A stretch of 64,000 nucleotides of DNA from Phoronis australis (Eukaryota; Animalia; Phoronida), in assembly GCA_002633005.1 (NCBI GenBank), contig NMRA01000727.1:36464-100463 (forward strand). Reading direction: 5' to 3'. Below are positions 12,401 to 24,400 of the stretch, piece after piece; the stretch's first letter is position 1; the number at the start of each line of letters is the position of its first letter. The notes beneath the pieces are model-generated. The model saw only the letters and a program-made list of their open reading frames with translations. It had not been told where the DNA came from and searched no databases. The translations under genes and the position numbers were made by a program.

Positions 12401-15400
12401 ATGGGACGTCTAACATGCCAGTAGAAGCCAAGGCTTAAATGTAGAAGTGGAAAAGTAGTATTTTGGACACAATGCAACATATCAGAGATTTGACCTGAAC
12501 AAGTGCCGCCATCATTAGAGGTCACAAGACGTGAAGGTACTGGACAGAGACTAGTTCTTGGTTTGATCGAGCTGTCAGAGACGCCAGTAACCCCTCTCTG
12601 AGTACACACGGAGGTGTCAAGTTGAACTTATCACAGTCAGTGACTCGTGGTCCATTTCCTTGACCACCGACGCATGGGGGCGGGGTGAAATTTTCTCGAG
12701 AACCAGTAGAAGAAGCCAGGCGGCTCCACAAAGTCGGGAATTTACATTATTCTATAGTAAGTTCCAGAAGTCATAGTTTATGAGTTAACCATGTATTAAT
12801 AATAGTGCCCATCCTAGTCTATGTATATGTAACCAGCACGGATTACGCGTAATCTATACACATACCCCACGAGGAGGTACGGTGGCTTAGTGTCCTTCCT
12901 CTACTCAAGGTTGTGTTTTCGAGTCGCACGGGACACACTGCTGGTCGCTTGAATCAAGTCCCTAGCTTCTCAGCTCTGTTTCAACTAATAAAGCATAAAG
13001 ATGGTCCTGAGCGTCTTGCGTACATTATGTATGTCTGGTACAACAATATTTTAAACCAGTTATTGAGACGTAGAGTGGACATCTTATTCCAGTATTTAGT
13101 TATCCATTATTTTTGATACAATGGAATCACAGAAATGATTATTTAACGTTTCCCATAAATTTAACTTTTCGTTCCGCAAAAGAGATAAATTTTCCATGTT
13201 CAGTTCAACGTGACCTTTGACTTCTCATTTGACCTTGACTTTGACCTTGCATCCATAAAATAATATGAGAAATTGACTCTCCATCCCAAATAATATTGGA
13301 AACGATAAATTGCTGGATCCTACACGGTATCATGTTCAGATTGTGGAAATTATGTGAAATTCAAGATGGCGGCTTCCGCATCTTGAATTATGAAAAATGC
13401 TCAAAGTTGCACAAAGTGCAACCAAATTAATTTTATTCTCCTAACCACACGCAATAAATTTCCAAAAGAAAAGTTTACACTAAACAACATTGCAGGGTAA
13501 ACTTTTTGGCAACTAGACTAACTTTTTCGTCACCCGGATGGTCTGTGCTTGCTGGCAACGGAAACGTATTTTGGTTCATTTGGGGTTTGCAACTACATGT
13601 ACCACAGGTGGCATTTTGATTTAGAAAAACTGAGGCAAGCTTTAACGGGTTTTTACCTTATCCGGCATGTTTTTAACTATTTTCAAGCAGGTTACGTGTT
13701 GCTTTAGTGATGGGCTCACTCCGGACTAAAGTCATGAAGGTCGACCTCGACATGATTTTATAAATTCACCCAATAGCCATTACCCAGTTCGCGATTTTGT
13801 TGACGGAGTAAAAGACTATTCGAAAAAATGGTGATTGGGGGAGTATTTTTCCTTGTTGAATGAAAATAACGACTCGGACTGACACCTAAGCTATCCAACT
13901 ACAGTCGAAATGTACATATTACAACGTGATTGTTAGCCAGAGTGAATCGTAATTTTCTGAGCATCTCTCGGCGTACAGCCTGGACTAGAATGTCACCTAA
14001 ATTTGGTGTAAAAGATGAACGAAGCACAAAGCTTCATCCTTGAGATCTCGAGATAATAACATTTCCTATATAACGCATTTCTGAATCAATTTACTTCTTC
14101 ATGCCAGCACATTGAACAGGCGGCCGCATACCTATCACAAGTTTAAACTTATAAGGATGTAAACACATTCGGGTAAAGTGTGTAACTTCTTTCAGTTCTG
14201 TTTTTATGATCTCATAGAAATATGCTATAGGAAACAATTGTTCTTACCATTAAAACCCAATGGCTTCATCTTCGTGTCTACATACTTTCCCTGCTGGGTG
14301 ATCGAACCAAGCCAGACTTCGCCAACAAAGTACTTGCGAGCCTAATTAAAGAATGCTCAGACAGTCAAGTCTTCTTTACACGAATCTACTATACATTACT
14401 CAAATCACCCTGAAAGATCATTTGCATATGAACTCGTCACATGTACTTCTGTTCATAAACTGTACACGTTTTGAGCGATAATAAAATCGCACAGCTGAGT
14501 GAAGAAAATCTGTAGGCACGGGTTTGGCAGTGCGCCCGTCGTTAGTGCATCTCCCATGTGAAAATTGCTGGTTTTTCAAGCAAATTTTCACTAGGAGAAA
14601 AAGATTGCATAGGGGCGAAAATTTAACAGGATTATGAGTTTCGCTGGATTAACACAGGGCAAATTTATTCAATACCTACGTGGTTTGTTAATTGAAATAA
14701 AATTCCGATCATGACCTCTATCCACTGGTGCTGGCGCACTGTGATGACTGCAGTGTCTGCAGAATAGGGTCAATAATACTTGAATTACATGTACATGTAC
14801 GTTACTCATGAATCCTTCTGGGACGCGACCGTTTATGGAGTTAATTCCATCTTAGAATACTTCTGGGGTTTCAGAATATTTTGACCAAAACTGCGGCTCA
14901 AAAATTGGCATCAACCGGTTCTTTACTAAGATGAGAAGTTATTTCTTTGCTTTCGAAGACCTCACACTTCACCGCATAGAATAAATAACATTTGCGTAAC
15001 CTGATCTCAAACGATAACAATCTATCAGTTCTTTAGAAACCCCGAGATCACCTGCTAATTCAAAACCAATTTTATAACCGTAAGTGGTAGCTCACAGGTT
15101 TTTGTGAGGGAGAGTGGGTTTATAGACATTTTTATTATTTTTAATTTCCAACTATTATGCAGTTTGAGATAAAAAAGTCTACATTTTGGGACACCAATTT
15201 GGCATTTGTCTAGGTTGATAATCAGAAGGCTCACCAGTTCGAACGTCCTTCAGGCCGAAGTACTACAGGTCCGAAGGTTCGAAATCGAAACTTAAAAAAG
15301 TCTTGTTTGGCTTTAACTTTTATCACAGCGGTGTCGGACATGAGTTTCCGCAGTTATTTCGAACATGTTCGGGAATTCATATGCGCGAGGACAAATTTGC

Positions 15401-18400
15401 TGGCGATCAACAACCGAATATTACGACTAATGAAATGCGTGCCGAGGTTTATTGTTGCAATGCTTGCATTTTTATTGCCCTCGAGTACATTTTGTTGCAG
15501 AACTGACCACGACTTTGCGTTAAGACTTTTTGGATTTGGACGTACATGTATTGGCCTTCGGACTTTGAAACCTTCAGACAAGTAAACCTTTGCACTTGTG
15601 GAAATTTTGGACTACCAAACAGCCTTGCATTTTATCGAACTTGTGAACATTCCTTCGGACTACCCTTCAAAGTGATGTACCTATTGAGAGATATTTTCAC
15701 AATCACCCTTATTGTGTCAAACTTGTGAATATTCGTGACTTGCCAATCTTTAGACTATCTTGTGGCCCCTAATTGGCATCGATGAGCACACAAGTACTAG
15801 TTCAAAAAAGCACTGACAGAGGCTGAAAAATTCATCGCTTTGCTCGTAGTTCACGTAACTCGGATACCTAGATTTTATGGCCTATGTCACCACTCAGGGA
15901 CGTTGCATTTAGGCAAATATAGCATATCTGCTCTGTTTAAGTTTTGCTTTGTTTTACATCTAAGCATAATTTGATCGGACCCTGATGTGCCCCGCGCTCA
16001 ATAGTTGGTTCCGCTGCTGATGCAATTTCCATGTCAATTGTCAGGGAATATGACGCAAGCAGTGTAAAAATGGCCAGTTGCCGATTTGGAAAACTGAAAG
16101 AAGGGCTGCTCGAAAAACGTTTGATTACGGTAGAATTTCTTTAAGTTGGATGGAATTAAAGACATCGACGGGTTCCTAAAGTGACCATCTATGCGCAAAA
16201 GTTACTTATGGCAGCACGACTTTGATGGTTTAATCATTGTGAGGCTGAGAAATAATGCGCCGAAAAGCTTCCGGCGTACGAACGGCCTATGGGATGACCA
16301 CCGTCTCTACTGCCAGTTGAGTAGGTGACACTGTCTAACAGCCCTAGGTTCTCATTGGTTTTCAAAATGCGTGGACCCCTGGAAGTGACTCTTACCTCCA
16401 TAGGGACCGACGAGATATATGCACACCCAATACACTGTAAACGATGGCTTACCATTTCGCCCAGCCAGTCGTTTCTGGCCATGTCTTCCGGGAGAGCTAG
16501 GCTATCGCCGTGATATTTACAGTGTTGTGAAGCCTCAAACCAGTTTAGAGCGTGCCGGTGAAATGTGTACTGAACATTGTCGAAGAACTGTATAACATCT
16601 GAAAGTCATTTTCGGCACGTCAGCAGCAGTTGCCTAAAACCCTACTAACAAGAATGGTATAGCCCCACAAAGATTGCTTCACGATGCCAGTCTTGTGTCC
16701 TTCGTCGTGACGTTCCTAGAGTTTTAGACTTTCAATTGTCTTCCTTCTTACACACGCCCACCGTGAAAATGTAGATTTGGTAAAAATTCTACCTTCACGA
16801 GCACATACACAAGTTGCGACTTGGTTGTCGTTTTCTCTGAACAAGCGTGGATCGAAGGCCACTGAGTGCGTGAAGAAAACGTTGCGTTTTGTCATGTGGA
16901 CATGCACCCGGAGATGGATTTATAGTTTATTCAAGCCACTCAGCGGTAACCTTAAGTTACTAAAATGTTCACGAGAATAATTTTGAAGTTTGAACATTAG
17001 AGTTGTTAATACAAAGAATTAATGGTACTACTTGTATTACTCGAATCCCGGAGCTTCTGTTGCATGAGGCACAGCAGTTCGGAAAAAGGCAAATTCGTTT
17101 AATTCCGCCTTCATGGAAACGACGAGCGGACCTTATTCGAATTCTGAGCCAACTATCTTGTACATGTAGTCTGTACCTATTGCACGCTTCACAAACCGTA
17201 CACTTTTCGTGCAATTACTGAACAATGTGCACTGAAGAAAACAGGGAAAGACAGCAGTCATTTGAATTTTTCTCCTCCGTCCTTGACCCAAACGTTTTGT
17301 TGAAAAATGTTTGTTGTATTTGCGCTGCAGCTACACAAATGGCTACGTTTGAAACCAAAACGAAAGTCAGTTGTGGCAATTGCTTATACACGTTGATAAT
17401 CGAATGCTTGTGTTCTTTGGATTAGGAACAGAAACAGTATAACAGGTAATGTTCAGAAGCCTTTTTCGGAAATTTGGTTATGCACTTCTACTTCACAATT
17501 GCTGGAAATGGTTTAGACGCGTCTCAGTTCAGAAATAATTCATAGATGTATTTCTCCTTAACTAGCAGCTACATGTATACATGTACGTACATGTATATTC
17601 ACAGAGACTTCGCATGTTTTCTCAATATTCGTGTTAATGCTGCCACTGGATTGAAGGTACGAGTACTTACGACAAGCATGGCACGATAAAGCACAATCTC
17701 TCGTCATGGTATGTATGTCAGTTATGCAATCCCCATTTCTCGCCTTCCAGTCACAAACTTCATCCGTTTCTTTGTTTTTGCAAACACTATCTGCCAAAAG
17801 AGAATCTCGAGAAACCACTCGAGTATAGTACGAATGCCTAGTTTCAATAAACTACAGGTATAACCATAAGCCTCGAAAGATTGGATTCTATCTCATGAAA
17901 ACTACAAGCCTGAGTCATTGGGGCCCACTATATTAGTTTCAACAGCTCCAAGTACCTTAATTTCCATGTAATGGTAAAACGGAACATTTTTTTCGCGATC
18001 TTTAAATTTTCAAACAAAAACCTAACGATCACGAGCATATAGAGGAAATGGACACGTAATTGTTCGAAGTAAGGTTATAACTTTCATTGAAATTTTGGTC
18101 AGTCGTTACTTTTCTATATGTAATGTTTTGTACATGGCGTAAAATAAATACTGCCAAACGGATAAGACAAACATATCTTAATAATATCATTCCATAAATA
18201 AATTAGATGAAAAAAATGAACATAAATTCACCTATCCTAACAAGCAGGCATTTTGGACTGTCTCAAGCAATATCGAACTGCCAGTTCTTGTCAAGATCCG
18301 TGTAACTTGTTTCAGGGATTAAAAGTTTTTTTACGGAAGGCAGGTTCATTTTACATTTAATTTTTTGGGAAGTTCACGCGCAAAGCTAATCAGGTCAAGA

Positions 18401-21400
18401 CTTGAAACTTAAAAATCCAAGCGAAGTCAAGGCGAGCCTTTCTACTGAAGCAACAATCAACTCTAGTCTGTCCAGTAATTTGTATTGAGTAATTATTAAG
18501 GAATTAGAAATCATAAATACCACATTAAAGACAAAAACAGGGTATTGAACCCTAAACTTTGCACCAAAATTGTGGTTTTCAAAGATGACTGTGCAAGAGG
18601 CTTTTTACGGGCTATTTTTAATTCCGACATTGTTCAGGTATAGGTTTTCGAACGGATTTTGTAGAAGTACGCTGTTCCAGACTTTGGGACATTTGACGCC
18701 ATACACACTATACTTTGCTCCATAGCCAACACAACGAATTGCATTTGTTTTACCAAAGGGTTCTTACCACAAACGTTGCAAGCTCTGGAGCACTTCCGTG
18801 CCATTTCATATTGGTTATTCACACAACCGCCAGACTTCGCTAACTGGAAGCAAATCTTCGGATTATCCTCCCCCATGCTGTTTCGGCAGCGTTTAGCTGT
18901 CAGGATATTAAAAAATGAAAATATCGTCGACCTCCGAGCAAAATTTGCAACCGTTAACATGAGAAAGGTTCTTCAATTAAAAATGAATACTTCCGACACG
19001 TTCAGCCAAATATTACTCGTGAAAATGTAAACACCACGGACCTTCTCAATTTTGGGCTACAGACATTCGTCGTTAATGAAAACAGAATTGCGGTTTTTCG
19101 ATGAGCTTGGGGCTCAAAATAGCATTAATTGGTTTCGGTCTGCGCTTAGTTAATTTTAAAACTGCGCCTCAAAGCTGACGTGACGGTTGGTAAAGAGATA
19201 GTACATTCTACCCATTATCGGTATGCATCACGTGACGTGGGTGGAAAAAGGATTCTCCATGCATTTCCTTTGGCAATTTGTGACATTTATTTTTGACACT
19301 GAAAAAAGCCGCATCCCATGTGAAAAAAACAGACCAGAACACATTATGTTATTTTGGCCTTGCAGAGGAGATCAACGATTCATGGTGAACAAATATGTGC
19401 TTACTGGATTTAAATGCGTGTGATAAGACTTAATCATCTGATGAATAATCTTCTTGGAATATACGACAGGTTAAATCAAAATTACCTATTTCAGATTGTC
19501 GGTCATGTTGTCTTAAAAACAAACATATTGATAGCACCAGAGCGTCAACCCGCTGTCATTTGTTGGTTGTTTTTTGATTTACATATGTACGTAACGGTCT
19601 CCTTTTCATCTCTGAAAACGGAGCATGCAACGCACCTACACTGTATGTCGAAACATAAATTTCATTAGCTATTTCTAAATGTTTAGCCATTTGTTTGTAT
19701 TCATACCAGTCATGACAAATTAGGTATTTCGAGATGTCGTCCAAAATACAACCATCAACAGGAAACAGTTCCGATGAGCAGACTGCAATCTTGTTGTTAA
19801 TAGCTAATTTTGACGGTTCACCATTCAGCAATTCTCAGGCGTTTTTCACAAGACACAGGCCCCGCAGGATGTACAAAGACGATCTACCATAGGTCTGTTG
19901 CATTTTGAAAGGACACCGAATGAGAAGTTGGCGTGTTGGCGATTAAACCAATTGAACAGTTAATGTTTCATAAAAGCACTCACGCCCCCCCGTGTGCCTA
20001 ACATACATGTACATGTATGTTTACACTAAATGGCGCATTCCATGATCAACTGAACTATGACTATGTTTTTGCCCACGTTTCAGGGTACCAATAATCGTGT
20101 GTTCAAGTCGATATACGTGATCGTATCGTGGGTATACCAAAATGTATAACAGTTAATCCCCTATAAAGCTCTTTTTGATTCTGTGGCACTGTGCCAGTAA
20201 CAAGTTCAGTAAAATATCATACGGAGTACATCATGTATTTGACTTGTGCTTGTGGGACTTCGCAACGATAACTATGGTGGGCTTGGCCTAGCTACCCTTG
20301 TCGGAACTACCCTTTCTACAACGAATTGAGAAAATACCTAGATTTCTGTTGATTTGTATAAGCAGGAAGAGTGTATAAGTAATAAAATACATGAGCAGTA
20401 ACATCAAAAAAACATCAGCAGAATATAAACCGTTTACAAATACATGTACATAAATCTAGTTAAGGTCTTGACACAGCTGGTTTAATGAAATGAACACGGG
20501 CTCGTATTAATCTTTTATGGTACATGTAAGGTTGAACTTACCACAGGCACCACAAGACAACGCGCAGTTAGGGATCATCCAATCAACGTTGGCCGTGCAC
20601 TCTCCTAACTCAGCCCATTTGTTGCACAAGGTCGAATCGTGCTTGTTACGGCATCCCTCGCCTATGGTGACTGAAACCGAAATTATAAAATACAGCTATA
20701 ATTATTGATCGCCTGGAATGCATGGGCAGTTTTCGATATTTGTGATGATGGCTAAGATTTAAGAGAGAGTCCATATAAAAACCAGTAGATTTTCAAAAAT
20801 CAGTCTATACGTCAAAATTTAAAACAACTTCATTTTTTGTACATGGGTAGGTATCCTACATTAAACCCAAATGCCAAATTTTGTGCACTCAATGACCCCT
20901 AATTTTGCCGCTGGAGCATGATAACACAAATTGGCACAATTGGGCATATTAGCCGTCTCAAAAATCGCATGTTTTCAGCAACAAAAATGAGTAACCTACA
21001 AAATAGATCGAAAGCTATATTTTAATGGCTGAAATAACCAACGTATACTGTACATAATTCTGTGCCATTTATTAAAATCTGACAGTTTTGTGCTAGACAG
21101 GGGAGATAATCCACAGACCACTTTTTGGGGCTAATTTTAGTGGCCATTTTTGTGACCTTCTTACTGCCATAAAACACCTTGTAGCCTTATGTGATGTTTT
21201 GAACGTACAGTTAAAGAGTTAGTCCTGATGACTGAGCAATAAAAAATCTTGCCTCAACTTTGCACCTTAGTGAAAATTGTCTTGCAAAACTGTCTATTTT
21301 CATAGTTTGGAAATGACGAGCAGACTTTACAGACCATTTGAACAAACTTTTAGGCAAGAAGTCTGCTTTAAATAGTTATAGAAACCAAGTCTAAACTCTT

Positions 21401-24400
21401 TCAAATGAAAACAAGATGTTTTCCGGGTTTATTACGCGGCTAGTATCAAACCTGAACCCGATGACCTTTGCCCACTGAGGGAGTCAGTTGATGTTAAGCT
21501 TGAGGATATATAAAAAATGTACGTGTAACCCTCTTGTATTCTTTCATTTCTTTTACATTATCAGGTTAATTTAAACACTCTGTAGAAATTTTAAATGGAA
21601 ATAAAGGCCTTTAAGATTAAACGAGAATGAACTGATAGTTGTAATGACTGGTTTTGAGAGAAGCAAGTGCATTCTAAAAAGACAAAATGGCGGACGATGT
21701 CGATGGGCCTTCATGTTCCTTTAGAGTTTATTCAGCAAAAAATCCGATTACAAAAGCTTTGTGCTTTAGTGAGTTATGTCAAACACACCACTGAACATTT
21801 GAGATACAGGAAACTACCTCATAAAGCAAGGCCTGTGCCAGAGTACGCACTCGTACTACCCAGAGTCGGTGAATTTCTTACTGAACAGGACCAGTCATGG
21901 AAGAGTCAGGTAATGCTGGATGTTACCACTCTGCTCCTCTCCTCCTGAACGTAGCAGCCTTGTCAAATTCTACCGGCATTTCTGTTTCGAGATATGACTT
22001 TGGTGAAAGTCAGAATAGAAAGGATCTCTGTGATCGCAAGATCGCTCCACTCAAACAACATGCAAAGTACTTTGTAGCCGAAGGTAACAATATCATAAAG
22101 TTTCTGGATTTGAAAGAAGCATTACTTTCCAGTGGCCATGTGAAGGGATGTTATGTGTATGCATGTTCAGTCAATGCAACAAAGTCTTTTCCAAAATACT
22201 CAGTTCCTGGTATAAGCACATTCAAAAATTCCCACTATTCCACCCAAGGAATTCGCGTGTGGAAATCATTCCATGTAGGTGACGGTAAGTTCGTACAAAT
22301 ACTGAGAAAATGGGAAACCTATTTCTCTAAAATACACTAACATCTCCAAGAGCTAAGGTTGGCATTGTGTCTAGTGAAGAGCCTCAACAAAGTTACCTTG
22401 TACCCAGCAAGGTTACTCGAAATTTTTTTGCTACAGACGCAGAACTAGGTCAGCATTTGGACGTGGGTAACTACACTGAACATTTACAGAGGGAAACCAC
22501 GTATGACCACATCGCACGACAGGGGTCAGAAATGCTTTCAGATGCAAGAACCGGAGCGTCATTTGAGGCAGCCTCAGAGTACTATTTGGATGAGACGAAT
22601 GCTGAAGCAATAGGTTAGGCATTGAAAACAGGTAAAGTGTCAACAAGATTTTCATCAAAGGTTAAGAACTTTCTGACGAACATATTCGATGAAGGAGATA
22701 AGTCAGTTAAAAACGTTCACCCTCGGAAGAGCCAAAATGGAGAAAACATTACGAGAACCCACTGGTAAAGTATTTACCTGTGATATTAAGTGAATCGCAT
22801 ATTGGTGGATTTTTTCGAGGTTGTCTGCAGCAATGTTTATGACGATGCAATTTCTGCTGAAGATGCTGTTATATCGTTAGATTTACTGAATGAACTGGTA
22901 AATGAGCTCAATGTTTAGCCTAGTTTTGTATCATACCAGTCAAAGATGTGTGATATATGAAGTCGAGGCCGTTACTTCTGTTTACTTCATGTCTGTCATG
23001 AATGAGTCATTAGTAAAATTGTCTGTCGTGAATTATTTTCTAATGACTGTGAATGTGTACCTTTTTATACCACTGATGATCACACTGACAGAAATATTCA
23101 GCGTTAGGGTGCCCGGTGTGTGGGGGGAACACCAGATTTCTGGCGACTGGTGGCGACTAAAATTTGTAGAAACCAGCAGGGACATTAGAATATGAACCCA
23201 AAGTTACAATGACTATTGACAAGTTGAAGGATTTTTTGCACTGAACACTAGGGGGCCATATCCACCTTGGGTGCCTTCCTTTGCCTGTGGCACCAACAAG
23301 GCAGATAGAAAACAAGGTAGGGGTGAGTTCAGTAACACTAGAACCTCTCTAAAATTTATCCAAAACCACGTGTTCTCATTAATAATGCAGGGCAATATCT
23401 CGCGAAGTCTTGAATTATAGCAAGGTCCTCGTGTTACTGCTCTTATTCTAGATGCGTCTTCAGTCTCTACGCAAACAAAAGCAGCGCCATCTACTCATTT
23501 AGAACCACGCATGCCAGTTTATTTACGTTACATATTTTTTGTAATAAGCAATAATTATCAATGCCGTTTTCAGAGAATGGTAATTAATAATGCTGTCTGC
23601 CTTTTCTCCAAAATACAAGGTTTTTATGTCGTGTTTCGCAAGCTAATTATATGTTCCAAGAGCCCCCTATTGGCTGCAGAGGCAACTGAGAACATGCAAA
23701 AGGACGAAGTGCAGTTCGTGTAATGCTTCGTACGCATAAACTACATTAGAGGCAAGATTTTTTATTTTAGATTATGAACAGGTTAGAAATGACTAAACAA
23801 ATTAATATAAAGTCAATTTCAGGAAAGGTGCGTTATGGCTTCTACAGAGTGCCAAATTTGGCCGAAAATGGCTTCAGTGAAAACCTGAAAAATAGCCGTT
23901 TTTGCCTCACAAATTCAAAACGTACAAATTTAAAAATTGATTTTGAAAGTTATGCCATTAAATTATTCAGCCACTGCGCTTTCAATTCGTATTATTCGTT
24001 TTGACCTTACCACACATGCTAGTAAAATGCATTCAAACATGCCTACTTCGACGCCCAATTTTGTTGCAAAATGGAGGTACAGGTCATAAAAAGAAAAATA
24101 ATGAATGAAAATTCTTAAAAAGTGAGGTTTTTCTACATCTCAACAAACCAAACTCATGTGCTAAGTTTCAAAAAAATCGGTGATTTTGGGTATAGACTCT
24201 ACTTGTTGGTTTTTATATGGAGTCACTCTTAACGAGTTTAGCCCTAGGTATACTTTCTATGGAGGAAAATCATTATGAGTGACTTCAGTTCATGAAATCG
24301 GTCTCATAATACTCCTTATTGCATTAGGGATTTGTTTTCGTTGCCAGGAAGAACACCAAAACCATCACCGACTAAAAATCCTTCAAAGATGTTTTGGAGT

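Noticed and set aside
13140-13520. Repeat-like segment with tgacctt repeats ending in actagacta
   Set aside because: Probably a transposon end, but no matching left TIR or TSD was found, so it was not annotated.
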